Below are positions 25,702 through 36,299 of a DNA stretch of 64,000 nt, piece by piece (position 1 is the stretch's first letter; the number at the start of each line of letters is the position of its first letter). Below the pieces are notes generated by a model. It was not told where the DNA came from. It did no database searches and saw only the letters and a program-made list of their open reading frames with translations. Location: positions 50,569-114,568 of the forward strand of contig JAQXLA010000019.1 of assembly GCA_029011315.1 (NCBI GenBank), read 5' to 3'. The DNA is from Desulfovibrionaceae bacterium (GTDB lineage Bacteria > Desulfobacterota > Desulfovibrionia > Desulfovibrionales > Desulfovibrionaceae). Position numbers and translations under genes: made by a program.

Positions 25702-27480
25702 ATGACATCTTCTTTTGCGGATCTTGGTCTTTCTTCTGAATTGCTTGACGCTGTCAGAGATATCGGCTTTGAAGAACCCTCTCCCATTCAGGAACTGGCA
25801 ATTCCTGTGCTTCTGGACGGACATGACGCCGTCGGACAGGCGCAGACCGGCACGGGAAAGACCGCGGCTTTCGGCATTCCCATTCTGGAAAAAGTTCTTC
25901 CTGAAAAAACAATCCAGGCGCTGATTCTTTGCCCAACTCGCGAACTGACTATTCAGGTAGCCGAAGAAATCGGACGTCTTGGAAGTCATAAAAAAAATAT
26001 TTCCGTCCTTCCTGTCTATGGGGGGCAACCCATTGAACGCCAGATTCGCTCGCTCCGTGACGGAGTACAGATTGTCGTGGGCACCCCGGGACGTATGCTT
26101 GATCATCTGGAACGCGGCACTATTAGCCTCGACAGCATCCGGATTACCGTTCTTGATGAAGCTGACGAAATGCTGGACATGGGCTTCCGTGAGGATATTG
26201 AAGCCATTCTCGCCAAAACTCCAGAAGAGGGACAGAGAGTCCTTTTTTCCGCAACCATGCCACGCCCCATTCTGGAACTCAGCCGCAAATTTCTCAGAGA
26301 TCCGGCCATGCTCACCATTGTACGCAAAACAATGACGGTACCGGCTATTGAACAAATCTATTATGAAGTTAGACCGCATCAAAAGCTGGAAACCCTCTGC
26401 AGGGTGCTTGATGTGGAGCACTTTCGCAAGGCTCTTGTCTTTTGCGCTACCAAGCGCGCCGTCGATGAAATTGCTGTCAATCTTCAGCAGCGCGGCTACT
26501 CGGCCGACGGTCTGCACGGCGATTTGAATCAGACTCAGCGGGACAGAGTTATGTCGCGCTTCCGTTCTGAACACCTTGAAATTCTCATTGCGACCGACGT
26601 GGCAGCCAGGGGCATTGACGTTGACGATGTCGATGCCGTTATCAACTATGACATGCCGAACGATGTGGAAAATTATGTGCATCGTATCGGACGTACCGGG
26701 CGCGCTCAGCGTCAAGGCAAGGCTTTTACGCTTGTCACGGCTCGAGAGCACTATCGCCTGCGGGATATCATCCGCTTTACCCGCGCCAAAATCGTTCAAA
26801 AGCCCATTCCCACACTTCAGGATCTCAATACTGTACGCATGACTCGGCTTTTCAGCGAGGTCAAAGAAGTTCTCGATGCCGGTGTGCTGGAAAGCTGTAT
26901 GATCCAAATTGAAAATTTTCTTGAAGAATCCTTCCCCGATGGAGAAATGACCAGCAGGGATGTTGCTGCAGCGCTTCTCAAACTCCTCAAGCGCAAGGAA
27001 TTCGGGAATGTGGCGGGAAAATCAGATGATTCTGAAGATTTTGCTGAAGAGGCAAACGCCTTTTCCCGACGCGCCGCATCTTCTGAAGCGTACGCTTCAT
27101 CCCAGAGACGCCGCAGCACGTCCATGACATCCCTGTTGCTGAATATCGGTCATCTCTCCGGAGCAACCCCAAAAGCTATCGTAGGAGCCATCACCGGAGA
27201 ATGCGGCATTCCCGGAAATCGCATAGGAGCCATTTCCATCCGAACCAGAGCGACAATTGTCGAAGTTGCCTCATCGCTGGCAGAATCCGTTGCAGCACGG
27301 CTCAATCAGGGAGTTTTCATCGGCGGTGTGCGTATTGTGGCAAAAATTGACAGCACACCTGGCGGAAGCGTCCGCAGACCATTTCCACCGTCCGGATCCA
27401 GAGGCCGCCAGCGCTCTGCGCAGCAGGGACGCAAATACACTCCAGATCAACGACAGACGACGCCTGAATCTTGTCGGTAA
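25702..27480 (+). CDS. deaD: DEAD-box RNA helicase with C-terminal DbpA-type RNA-binding domain (DeaD/CsdA-like)
   Basis: Q motif, AQTGTGKTAAF, PTREL, TPGR, LDEADEMLDMGF, SAT, TDVAARGID, YVHRIGRTGRA; C-terminal IVGAITGECGI..IGAI. Confidence 0.93.
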   Translation: MTSSFADLGLSSELLDAVRDIGFEEPSPIQELAIPVLLDGHDAVGQAQTGTGKTAAFGIPILEKVLPEKTIQALILCPTRELTIQVAEEIGRLGSHKKNISVLPVYGGQPIERQIRSLRDGVQIVVGTPGRMLDHLERGTISLDSIRITVLDEADEMLDMGFREDIEAILAKTPEEGQRVLFSATMPRPILELSRKFLRDPAMLTIVRKTMTVPAIEQIYYEVRPHQKLETLCRVLDVEHFRKALVFCATKRAVDEIAVNLQQRGYSADGLHGDLNQTQRDRVMSRFRSEHLEILIATDVAARGIDVDDVDAVINYDMPNDVENYVHRIGRTGRAQRQGKAFTLVTAREHYRLRDIIRFTRAKIVQKPIPTLQDLNTVRMTRLFSEVKEVLDAGVLESCMIQIENFLEESFPDGEMTSRDVAAALLKLLKRKEFGNVAGKSDDSEDFAEEANAFSRRAASSEAYASSQRRRSTSMTSLLLNIGHLSGATPKAIVGAITGECGIPGNRIGAISIRTRATIVEVASSLAESVAARLNQGVFIGGVRIVAKIDSTPGGSVRRPFPPSGSRGRQRSAQQGRKYTPDQRQTTPESCR

Positions 27481-27486
27481 CCCCGT

Positions 27487-28647
27487 ATGATCGCACTTCT
27501 TCATCGTCGCATTTTTCTGGAAATCGGTTCTCTGTTCTGCCTTTCCTCCTGCGCTCTGTTGACTTTGGTTCTCATCTCCCGCGCCGTTCAGATGCGGGAA
27601 ATGCTGCTTGGACTGGATATCGGACTGACCGATATGGCCAATCTATTTGCCTGTATGACGCCGGTTTTCCTTTTGCTCGTCATTCCGGTCTCCTGCATGC
27701 TCAGCGTTTTTCTAACGTTTCTGCGCATGAGCAGCGACAGAGAGTTCATCGCATTGCGTGCCGGCGGCGTCAGCATTCTTCAGATGCTTCCCGGCCCCTT
27801 GCTGTTCAGCCTGATCTGTACAGGTCTGACTTTATGGGTATCCCTGCACTGGATTGCCGCAGGCATGAGCGAATTTCGCGAATCTCTGCTCAACATTGCC
27901 ACAACCCGAGCCCGCATTGTCGTGCAGCCTGGAGTTTTCAATACCGACTTCCCGGGATTTGTTCTCTTCTCCCGTCAGGTCAATCCCTCTACAGGACATC
28001 TTTCCCAAGTTTTGGTAGAGGATCGCACCCAGAAAGATCGCCGAATTATTATCCTCGCCAATACAGGACTCTTCGATACCGATTCGGACAGGGGAACGCT
28101 GCTTTTCAAGCTGACCGGAGGAAAAATCTATTCCTCCGGCCGCGGCGGTTCATCCGTTCTTCAATTTGAAGAATACGCCGTGCGTCTGCCTCTGGATACC
28201 CTGCTTCATCATTTCGATTTCGGCGAAATCCGACCGAGGGAGATGTCCTGGTCAAAACTCGCCTCCATTACCCGTGAAGAAGCTCTGCAGCGCGATGAAA
28301 ACTACGCCAACAAAATCGAGGTCGAAAGGCACAAACGCTGGGCCTATCCCGCCGCATGTCTGGCTTTGACAGTCTTCGTTCTGCCGCTTGCCGCCGTCTT
28401 TGAGGGTATCAAACGTCAAACCGGACTTGCCATTGCGCTCGTCATGTTTTTCGTTTACTATAGTCTGATGTCTCTCGGATTCAGCACTGGGGAATCCGGA
28501 TCTGTGCCCCCGGCAATAGGGCTTTGGTTCCCGAACATCCTTTTCCTAACGGCTGGCATCATCGGACTGCGACTCGCTGAACGGGAACGGATGCCGAAAA
28601 TCCATCTGCGCCTTCCCTTTGGCAAAAACAGGAGGCATGCCTCATGA
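27487..28647 (+). CDS. lptF: LPS export ABC permease LptF
   Basis: 3+3 TM topology, RMSSDREFIALRAGGVS, PGVFN, periplasmic beta-jellyroll region. Confidence 0.85.
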   Translation: MIALLHRRIFLEIGSLFCLSSCALLTLVLISRAVQMREMLLGLDIGLTDMANLFACMTPVFLLLVIPVSCMLSVFLTFLRMSSDREFIALRAGGVSILQMLPGPLLFSLICTGLTLWVSLHWIAAGMSEFRESLLNIATTRARIVVQPGVFNTDFPGFVLFSRQVNPSTGHLSQVLVEDRTQKDRRIIILANTGLFDTDSDRGTLLFKLTGGKIYSSGRGGSSVLQFEEYAVRLPLDTLLHHFDFGEIRPREMSWSKLASITREEALQRDENYANKIEVERHKRWAYPAACLALTVFVLPLAAVFEGIKRQTGLAIALVMFFVYYSLMSLGFSTGESGSVPPAIGLWFPNILFLTAGIIGLRLAERERMPKIHLRLPFGKNRRHAS

Positions 28648-29714
28648 GCCTGCTGTCCCGCTATTTGATCCGGAATAATTTTGCTATTTTGATACCAACG
28701 CTTCTCATCGGTATCGGCCTGTATCTGCTCACGGATCTGTTTGAAAGGCTGGATAATTTCATCGAGGCCGATCTGCCTTTAGCCACAGTTCTGATGTACT
28801 TTGCCGTCAAACTGCCTTTGGTGGTTTCACAGATTTTGCCCGTCATTTTTTTACTATCCACTGTAATTCAGCTGTGCCTTATGACCCGAAATCGAGAACT
28901 TATCGCCCTCCGATCCGGAGGCATATCGTTTTCCGTCATTGCCCGGGCACTCCTGCTCTGCGGGGCATTCTGGAGCATCTCGCAATTTTGTTTTTCCGAA
29001 TATCTTGGCGTTGCCGGAGAAAGGGAATCCGCCAGAATCTGGCAGGAAGAAGTACGCAAACGGAATCTGGCTGCTGCGGTACTGCGCAATCTCTGGTTTA
29101 CAGACGGCTCATGGATTGCTTCTCTGGATACACTGAATCCGGATTGTTCCGGAACGGGCTTTGCCGCATTCCATATCGCAGAAACAGGGGCGGATATTGA
29201 CACGGTCATTCATGCCGATTCCTTTATGGCGCAACCCGGTTCCTGGACGCTTTATGCCGTTTCGCAGTATGAGCCCCAGTCTTTTACCAGAGAACACAAA
29301 AAAACTCTTGTTCTGCCGCTTCAGTACGATCCCGAAAACTTCCGCATTATGCGCAACAATACCAAGCCACAGCATCTTCCGTTCATGCAACTCGGGCAAA
29401 TCATTAATCGACTTAAAGGCTCAGGATCCAATGTGGAGCATCTGCGTACCACCTGGCATGCAAAAATCGCCTACGCAGCTTCTCTCATGGTTATGGCATT
29501 GCTGGCCATCGCTATCGTGTCGCGTACAGAAAATATCTATTTTGCGGTCACAGCAGCTCTGATTGCCACTTTTCTATACTATGCTCTGCACACGACCGGA
29601 CTGACATTGGGGCAGAAAGGCGTGATCAGTCCTATCTGGGCGGCCTGGGCGGCTAATATTGCAGCGGCTGCTGCGGCAGCATGGCAATTGATGCCGTTTC
29701 ACAGAAAACAATAA
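28644..29714 (+). CDS. lptG: LPS export ABC permease LptG
   Basis: LSRYL, NRELIALRSGGIS, same topology as LptF; ATGA overlap with lptF. Confidence 0.85.
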   Translation: MSLLSRYLIRNNFAILIPTLLIGIGLYLLTDLFERLDNFIEADLPLATVLMYFAVKLPLVVSQILPVIFLLSTVIQLCLMTRNRELIALRSGGISFSVIARALLLCGAFWSISQFCFSEYLGVAGERESARIWQEEVRKRNLAAAVLRNLWFTDGSWIASLDTLNPDCSGTGFAAFHIAETGADIDTVIHADSFMAQPGSWTLYAVSQYEPQSFTREHKKTLVLPLQYDPENFRIMRNNTKPQHLPFMQLGQIINRLKGSGSNVEHLRTTWHAKIAYAASLMVMALLAIAIVSRTENIYFAVTAALIATFLYYALHTTGLTLGQKGVISPIWAAWAANIAAAAAAAWQLMPFHRKQ

Positions 29715-29718
29715 TGCG

Positions 29719-30048
29719 TTAAAGCGTCAGACTCTTTCGATTCGTCTTCTGATCCGTACTGTTTGATGCACTGTAATCATCACTTGCAATGTCAATGACT
29801 CCCTGATGCTGCTCATCCGGTTTCTGACGGCTTTCAGGATTTTGAAAAAACTCTCCCCCTGAAAAAATCACAACTTGAGAATGCTTCGATATTTTGCCGC
29901 CCTTAAAAAACAGCCAAAGAGAAAGCACGCCGAACAAAGCCAGAAACGCCAGAAGAAAGAAAAAGCCGACAGTTGTCAAAAGAAAAAAGCCAACACAAAT
30001 TGCCGTTCCCATTAAGAATGCGGATAAAAGGCTCCGAAACGCGTTCAT
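29719..30048 (-). CDS. Small hypothetical membrane protein
   Basis: Very hydrophobic N-terminal ~45 aa and polar tail; fills the gap downstream of priA. Confidence 0.6.
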   Translation of the reverse strand: MNAFRSLLSAFLMGTAICVGFFLLTTVGFFFLLAFLALFGVLSLWLFFKGGKISKHSQVVIFSGGEFFQNPESRQKPDEQHQGVIDIASDDYSASNSTDQKTNRKSLTL

Positions 30049-30087
30049 CCTAAAATCCCTTGCGCTGAAAGCGCGGTTATGACTATC

Positions 30088-32412
30088 CTACATCATGCTG
30101 ACAGGATCCAAATCCAGAGACATGCGCACCGGCCGCGCTTCCACTGCGCTACATACAGCTGCATAAAAACGCCGTACAGACGGCCAGTCAGGGCTTTTAA
30201 CAAGGCACTGAAATCGTTTTCTGTCGTTCAGTCTCGCCAGAGGTGCCGGAGCCGGTCCAAGCACGGAAACTCCGCACTCCGAAGCGATTTTCACAGCCTG
30301 TTCCCGAAAGGAAAACATATACGATTCAATGCCTCTCCAATCCGAAGGACAGGAAAAACGAAGAAGCGCCACATGCGAAAAAGGCGGATAAGCATATTTT
30401 CGCCGCAGTTCAAGCTCATGCGCGAAAAAACCTTCATAATCCCCATGAAGAACATAACGCCAGCAGTAATGTTCGGGATCCGCAGTCTGAATCAAAACCC
30501 GTCCAGGCCTTTCACCGCGTCCGGCTCTTCCGGATGACTGGACCAGAAGCTGAAAAGTGCGCTCTGCGGCACGGTAATCCGGCAGATTCAGACCGGAATC
30601 TCCGTCTGCTATAATGGCCAGCGTAACGTCCGGAAAATGCAATCCTTTGGAAATCATCTGGGTTCCGACTAAAATGCCCGCTTCATGGCGTCCGAATGCG
30701 CCTAAAATTTTTTCTGCGCCGTCCTTTTTGTTGGCACTATCTCGATCCAAACGCAGTATTCGCTCGCCATCCGGCAAAATGCCGCGTAACTGTTCCTCAA
30801 GTCTTTCTGTCCCCTGTCCGAGAGGCAGAAGCGTCATGCCGCCGCATGACGGGCACGGAGACGGCACCGGCAGAAAAAAGCCGCAGTAATGACAGATCAT
30901 CCTCTCAGAAGTCCGATGATAGGTCAAACCGATGTCGCAATGCGGACACCGTACCGTCTTGCCGCAATCAGGACAATACATCGCCGAGGCGTATCCCCGA
31001 CGGTTCAGCATGACAATGACCTGTTCGTCTCTTTTTCTGGCTTCCTCAATCGCCATAAGACTTTCCGGAGCCAGACAGACGCTCTTTCGCCCTGGTTTGC
31101 GCATATCCACCAGCTGCACGGAAGGAAGTTCTCCGCCTCCGGCACGATCGGCAAGAACCGACATATGAAGAAGCCCCTGACGAGCCGCATAAAATGTCTT
31201 CAAATCCGGAGTCGCCGATCCCAGCACCAGCAAAGCACGGTAGGCATGGCACAACCCCCAGGCCAGTTCCTTGGCATGATATGTCACACCCTCTACAGCA
31301 TCCTGCTTAAAGGAAGCATCATGCTCTTCATCGAGGATAATACAGCCGATTCGAGAAAGCGGAAGAAACAGAGCGGATCGAGTGCCAACAATCACACAGG
31401 GTTCCGTATGTCCTGATTCGCAAAACAGTCGCTCCCTCGCCTCCTTTGACAGAGATCCATGATAGAGCAAGACCCGTGCGTGCGGAAGGTGCAGCACAGC
31501 ATCCTTGTACAGTCTTACGGCTAAAGCAACTTCAGGAGCCAGAAGAAAAACAGAACGCTCCAAACTGAGACAGTATTCAGCCAATTGCAGATAAACTGCG
31601 GTTTTTCCGCTGCCCGTTACACCGAATAACAGATGTGTCACTGATTGTCCGGAATGAAGCGCACGTTTCATCTCCGCCAGTGATGCCTTCTGAGCCGCAT
31701 TCAAATCCGGCAGGACCTCTCCCGTTTTCAAGCTTCTTACCAGATGCTTTTTCTGCAGCGACTCCAGCACAGATCGGCAGGAAGATCCGAACCGGTGTTT
31801 CAATTCGCTCAAGCTTGCATAGCCCGATGACCGCAAATATTCCCACATTGCCCGCTGTTTCACGGCCCTTGCGGAAAGCACTGTCTCATCATCTGGTTTT
31901 ACAGCAGCCCAAAATGCTTCCTCAAAAAATATCTTTTCAGAATGCTTTCCGGAATTTTCAAAATCTGCGAAGCCATCCGCCCACAATCTGCCAACGCGAA
32001 ACAGCTGTGCTTCATCTCTTTGGCGAAGCTCTCTGAAGGGAATTTTCTCTTCGCCCTCGTCAGGACTGCAGATCTTCAGAGCTGCTTCAGTGGAACGCAA
32101 TCTCTTCGGCAGAAAGCTTTCCAAAAAACGCCCAAACGGGACAAGCTGCCGCCGGGAAAGCTGCATCAAAATCTGCAGCGTCGCTTCAGAAAAAAGCGAC
32201 TGATGTTCTAAGGGCCAGAAAATTGGACGGACTATAAATCCATCAGGCTCGTCATTGTGCAGACGCATCAAAATGCCGACGCGCAAAGGCCCTGTGCCAA
32301 CCGGAACGGCAACACGCATTCCAAGATGCCAGATGCCCTCAGGAAAATACGCAGGAAGTGCATAAGTCAGCGTTCCGTATGGCGGAGAAAGCAGTTCAAT
32401 ATCCGCAAACAC
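30088..32412 (-). CDS. priA: Primosomal protein N' (replication restart helicase)
   Basis: LTY, GMRVAVP, LFGVTGSGKTAVY, VGTRSALF, ILDEEHD.SFKQ, GSATP, two CxxC zinc modules, GTQMISKGLHFP, QSSGRAGR. Confidence 0.96.
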   Translation of the reverse strand: MFADIELLSPPYGTLTYALPAYFPEGIWHLGMRVAVPVGTGPLRVGILMRLHNDEPDGFIVRPIFWPLEHQSLFSEATLQILMQLSRRQLVPFGRFLESFLPKRLRSTEAALKICSPDEGEEKIPFRELRQRDEAQLFRVGRLWADGFADFENSGKHSEKIFFEEAFWAAVKPDDETVLSARAVKQRAMWEYLRSSGYASLSELKHRFGSSCRSVLESLQKKHLVRSLKTGEVLPDLNAAQKASLAEMKRALHSGQSVTHLLFGVTGSGKTAVYLQLAEYCLSLERSVFLLAPEVALAVRLYKDAVLHLPHARVLLYHGSLSKEARERLFCESGHTEPCVIVGTRSALFLPLSRIGCIILDEEHDASFKQDAVEGVTYHAKELAWGLCHAYRALLVLGSATPDLKTFYAARQGLLHMSVLADRAGGGELPSVQLVDMRKPGRKSVCLAPESLMAIEEARKRDEQVIVMLNRRGYASAMYCPDCGKTVRCPHCDIGLTYHRTSERMICHYCGFFLPVPSPCPSCGGMTLLPLGQGTERLEEQLRGILPDGERILRLDRDSANKKDGAEKILGAFGRHEAGILVGTQMISKGLHFPDVTLAIIADGDSGLNLPDYRAAERTFQLLVQSSGRAGRGERPGRVLIQTADPEHYCWRYVLHGDYEGFFAHELELRRKYAYPPFSHVALLRFSCPSDWRGIESYMFSFREQAVKIASECGVSVLGPAPAPLARLNDRKRFQCLVKSPDWPSVRRFYAAVCSAVEARPVRMSLDLDPVSMM

Positions 32413-32414
32413 GC

Positions 32415-33767
32415 CTACGATAAAGCCTTTTCAACGATTTTTGCCAAATCTTCAGCAAGCTTTTTGACATGCTCGGCGTTTTCTCCTTCCACCATCACAC
32501 GGCACAGAGGTTCTGTTCCGGAATAGCGCAGCAGAACACGACCCCGGCCGTCCAACTCCTTTTCCACCCTGCGCACAGCATCCATCACGCTCTGGCATTC
32601 CTCAATAGGAGGCTTCTGCGAAACACGCACATTGATCAACACCTGCGGATAGGGTTGAAGCAGCCCGGCGAGCTGAGAAAGAGGACTCTTTTTCCGGCAC
32701 ATAATCCGCAAAAGCTGAAGCGCGGCCAGCAGGCCATCTCCGGTAGTGCTGTATTCCCGAAAAACAAGATGTCCTGACTGCTCTCCGCCAAGCAGCGCAT
32801 TATGCCGGCGCATCGCCTCCACGACATGGCGATCCCCAACAGGCGTCCGGATCAAATTGCCTCCATGCTCCTTCATGAAGACTTCCAAAGCCATATTGCT
32901 CATGACAGTGGAAACCAGCAGATTCCCCGGAAGACGCCCCTGCTGCATCAAATCAAGAGCGCATATAGCCATAATCTGATCGCCATCCAGAATATTGCCT
33001 TTTTCATCAACAACGATCAGCCGATCGGCGTCACCATCCAGGGCCAAACCAATATCTGCCCGCGTTTCCCTTACTTTTGCAGCAACAGTTTCAGGAAAAA
33101 GAGAACCACACCGATAATTGATGTTTGTGCCGTTCGGTTCCGTACCGATGCGCACAACTTCGGCACCAAGTTCTTCCAGTGCCAGAGGAGCGACTTTGTA
33201 GTTGGCACCATTGGCGCAGTCAATCACAACGCGAATGCCTTCCAAAGACAAATCCAGCGGAAAAGTATTCTTCAGATAAACGATATAACGCCCCGGGGCA
33301 TCGTTGATTTTATACGCTCTTCCCGTCTCCGACGGCTGGGGATAGTCCCATTCATGCGCCATATCAACAACCATTTCGCTCATGCGCATTTCAACTTCAT
33401 CGGGGATCTTGTAGCCGTCGGCACTGAAGAACTTGATGCCATTGTCATGAAAGGGATTGTGCGAAGCGGAAATCACGACGCCGAGATCGGCACGCATGTT
33501 CCGTGTCAAAAACGAGACCGCAGGCGTCGGCAGCGGACCAACAAGAAAAACATCCATGCCAGCTGCCAGCAATCCGGCCGCCAGCGCGTTCTCAAACATG
33601 TATCCGGAAAGCCGCGTATCCTTGCCGATCACGACCCTCGCCCTGCGCTTATGAGAACGGTACAGCATCCCTGCAGCCAGTCCAAGCCGCAGCGCGACTT
33701 CCGGCGTCATGGGATACAGATTGACGCGACCTCTCATGCCGTCCGTACCGAACAGATTCTTTGACAT
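32415..33767 (-). CDS. glmM: Phosphoglucosamine mutase
   Basis: [56 protein letters not shown]. Confidence 0.98.
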   Translation of the reverse strand: MSKNLFGTDGMRGRVNLYPMTPEVALRLGLAAGMLYRSHKRRARVVIGKDTRLSGYMFENALAAGLLAAGMDVFLVGPLPTPAVSFLTRNMRADLGVVISASHNPFHDNGIKFFSADGYKIPDEVEMRMSEMVVDMAHEWDYPQPSETGRAYKINDAPGRYIVYLKNTFPLDLSLEGIRVVIDCANGANYKVAPLALEELGAEVVRIGTEPNGTNINYRCGSLFPETVAAKVRETRADIGLALDGDADRLIVVDEKGNILDGDQIMAICALDLMQQGRLPGNLLVSTVMSNMALEVFMKEHGGNLIRTPVGDRHVVEAMRRHNALLGGEQSGHLVFREYSTTGDGLLAALQLLRIMCRKKSPLSQLAGLLQPYPQVLINVRVSQKPPIEECQSVMDAVRRVEKELDGRGRVLLRYSGTEPLCRVMVEGENAEHVKKLAEDLAKIVEKALS

Positions 33768-33780
33768 AACCGCGCTCTCC

Positions 33781-34704
33781 CTATTTCGCCCTCGGCAGAA
33801 TCTCTGCCTTTTCGGGAATAATTTTCAAAACCTTGCATCCCAGAGGGGTAATTGTCTGCAAAGGCACTCCCTTGGCAATCTCTTCCCGGGACAGACCATC
33901 CAATGATACGGACACCTGCACCTGACTCAGATACAGACTGTCTTTTAAAGCCGTTAACGGCACGGAAACAGACAGCGTCACCTTGGAAGGCCTGACCAAT
34001 ACATCGCTTTCACTTTCCAGAATCACATCCCGCTGAAGCGTCACGATACGGCGCCGCATTTCAATTTTCCCCTTCACATGCACGAAAGGCGGTGTGATTT
34101 TGACGGACGACGGAGCCGAAACCGGCAGATTTTCATCAATATCCCGTGAGCCGAGATCAAAACCGGCAGGGACAGATACTAAAAGGGAATCGACATCCTC
34201 TATGACTCCGGAAGGACCGGAAATACGGATTTTATCCGGGATAACTGAGGTATCCTTCAACACAAAAGAAGCCATATGCGGAGATGTCTGCACAGTAGCA
34301 CGTACCGGCACTTCCTTTTCCCGAATTCTCTCAACATGCAAATCAAGACGCGCCGGAATAATTTCCAGGACTTCATAATAGCGAAGGCTGCGAAAATCCG
34401 AAAACGTCAGCGGCACGACATTGTCTCCCGGATGCAGGCCGCTCAAATTGATGGCATGCGTCAATGTCCGATTTCCCAGGCTGCGAAGGAGCTCTCTTGG
34501 AGCGCGAATACGCATTCTGACGCTGGGCATCTGACCAGATGTCACAACAAGTCCCTCAGGAATATTCTGATACGCCAGTTCAATCTCTATAATACGCTCC
34601 GTCCGCTCTCCGGCATTGACAGTATACCACAGAATCAACGCGCCAAGAAAAGCCAACAGGGGATAAATGCCATAACGTACCAGCAAATCATTTTTGACAG
34701 GCAT
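33781..34704 (-). CDS. cdaR: YbbR/CdaR-like diadenylate cyclase regulator
   Basis: N-terminal TM ([14 protein letters not shown]), repeated beta-rich YbbR-like domains (P..I.ISGP), located between cdaA and glmM. Confidence 0.8.
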   Translation of the reverse strand: MPVKNDLLVRYGIYPLLAFLGALILWYTVNAGERTERIIEIELAYQNIPEGLVVTSGQMPSVRMRIRAPRELLRSLGNRTLTHAINLSGLHPGDNVVPLTFSDFRSLRYYEVLEIIPARLDLHVERIREKEVPVRATVQTSPHMASFVLKDTSVIPDKIRISGPSGVIEDVDSLLVSVPAGFDLGSRDIDENLPVSAPSSVKITPPFVHVKGKIEMRRRIVTLQRDVILESESDVLVRPSKVTLSVSVPLTALKDSLYLSQVQVSVSLDGLSREEIAKGVPLQTITPLGCKVLKIIPEKAEILPRAK

Positions 34705-35443
34705 GAATGAGAGACTCCTTCAGCTGTTTGGTAGTATCCATCACAGCCAGATGCCCTCCTCTTGCAAGACTTATCTGACCGCGCTCTTCGGAAACGACCA
34801 GCACAACGGCATCACTGACTTCTGTTGCGCCGAGGGCTGCACGATGACGCGTGCCGAAATGCTGATGTGCCATTTTTGCCAACGGCAGAATACATCCCGC
34901 TGCACAGATACGCCCATTGCGAATAATGACCGCTCCGTCATGCAGGGCTGTTTTCGGAAAGAAAATCGTCATCAGCAGCTCCCGTGAAATCTGCGCGTCC
35001 AACACAACTCCGCCCTGCATCATATCTCCGAGAGCCTGTCGCCCCTCAATCACGATAAGCAGTCCGATATGCGCTCTGGCGCAACGCCCGCAAACCCAAA
35101 CGAGATCGTCAATGATCCGATCGCTCAGAGAACTGCGACGATTCCAATGGAAGGAGAGCAAACCGAAAGAGGAAAGCCATTGCCGTATATCCTCATGAAA
35201 CAGGATAACCATTACGAGCAACAGAGAATCAAACAGATTGTCCAGCAGCCAGATCATAGTGTACAGGCCGAAATAATACGACGCGCAGTACACCGCTACC
35301 AGCAGGAGCACCCCGGCAAGAGCGGATACCACGCGGGTACCGTGAATCCAGAGGAACAGCCTATACAGCAAAAAAGTCACCAGCGCGACATCCAGTGCGT
35401 CGCGCCAGTTCACAAAAGAAAGTTCCGGAAACCATTCCGACAT
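34688..35443 (-). CDS. cdaA: Diadenylate cyclase CdaA (DAC)
   Basis: Three N-terminal TMs, F.EDIRQ.L, LHDGAVII and FGTRHRAALG catalytic motifs, VSEERG. Confidence 0.94.
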   Translation of the reverse strand: MSEWFPELSFVNWRDALDVALVTFLLYRLFLWIHGTRVVSALAGVLLLVAVYCASYYFGLYTMIWLLDNLFDSLLLVMVILFHEDIRQWLSSFGLLSFHWNRRSSLSDRIIDDLVWVCGRCARAHIGLLIVIEGRQALGDMMQGGVVLDAQISRELLMTIFFPKTALHDGAVIIRNGRICAAGCILPLAKMAHQHFGTRHRAALGATEVSDAVVLVVSEERGQISLARGGHLAVMDTTKQLKESLIHACQK

Positions 35444-35453
35444 GCGGACTCCG

Positions 35454-36296
35454 TTACATCCCCGGCGTCAGGACTTTTGCCAGGTCAAGTGCCGTTCGGC
35501 AGGCAGAGACATCATGCACTCGGTGGAACGGTACGCCACGTGCGGCCATCAGAGCCGAACAGACGGCCGTAGCCTGATCCCTGTCCGGCATTTTCAAGCC
35601 AAACATGAACTGAAAAAACGATTTTCTGGAAATGCCGACGTAAAGCGGCCTTCCCAATTCCATCAGTTTTTCAAGCCCCAGGAACAGAGCCCGCGTATGC
35701 TCGGCATTTTTGCCGAAGCCAAACCCCGGATCAAGGACAATACGATCTTCAGGCAGACCAGCCCCCACCAGATACTTCAGCATTTTCTCAAAAAAACGCA
35801 GCTCTTCGGCAACGACGTCATCATACTGAGGATTATCCTGCATGGTTTTCGCCACGCCTCCGCTGTGCATCAGCACATATCCCGGACGATACTGTGCCAG
35901 AACATCCGCCATTTCCGGATCAGAGCAGCCATACACATCGTTGATAACGGATACCCCTTCTTCAAGAGCGGCTGCAGCCGTCCCCGCACGCCAAGTATCT
36001 GCTGACAGAACGGCGTCAGGACAGCGCAGACGCATCGCCCGCAAAGCTGGAATCAGCCGTTTTTTTTCCTCCTGTTCTGTTACGGGATCGGATCCGGGAC
36101 GTGTCGATTCCGCACCGAAATCCAGCATATCCGCCCCGTCGTTCAGAAGCTTGCAGCCATGCTCAGCCGCCTGATCCGGATCAATCCATAGCCCACCATC
36201 AGAAAACGAATCAGGCGTTACGTTCACGATGCCGGCCAGCATGCAGGGTGAAGGCCGCAGAATTCTGCCATTTCTGACAATCCATTCGCCGCTCAT
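35454..36296 (-). CDS. folP: Dihydropteroate synthase
   Basis: GIVNVTPDSFSDGG, DFGAESTRPG, SADT, INDV, LDPGFGFGK, GISRK, RVHDV. Confidence 0.96.
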   Translation of the reverse strand: MSGEWIVRNGRILRPSPCMLAGIVNVTPDSFSDGGLWIDPDQAAEHGCKLLNDGADMLDFGAESTRPGSDPVTEQEEKKRLIPALRAMRLRCPDAVLSADTWRAGTAAAALEEGVSVINDVYGCSDPEMADVLAQYRPGYVLMHSGGVAKTMQDNPQYDDVVAEELRFFEKMLKYLVGAGLPEDRIVLDPGFGFGKNAEHTRALFLGLEKLMELGRPLYVGISRKSFFQFMFGLKMPDRDQATAVCSALMAARGVPFHRVHDVSACRTALDLAKVLTPGM

Positions 36297-36299
36297 GCC

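Noticed and set aside
25681-26907. 408-aa antisense ORF opposite deaD (likewise 11239-12207, 32802-33764, 36492-37553, 45284-46294, 40512-41906)
   Set aside because: These are shadow ORFs opposite conserved genes with biased codon usage; they show no recognisable motifs.
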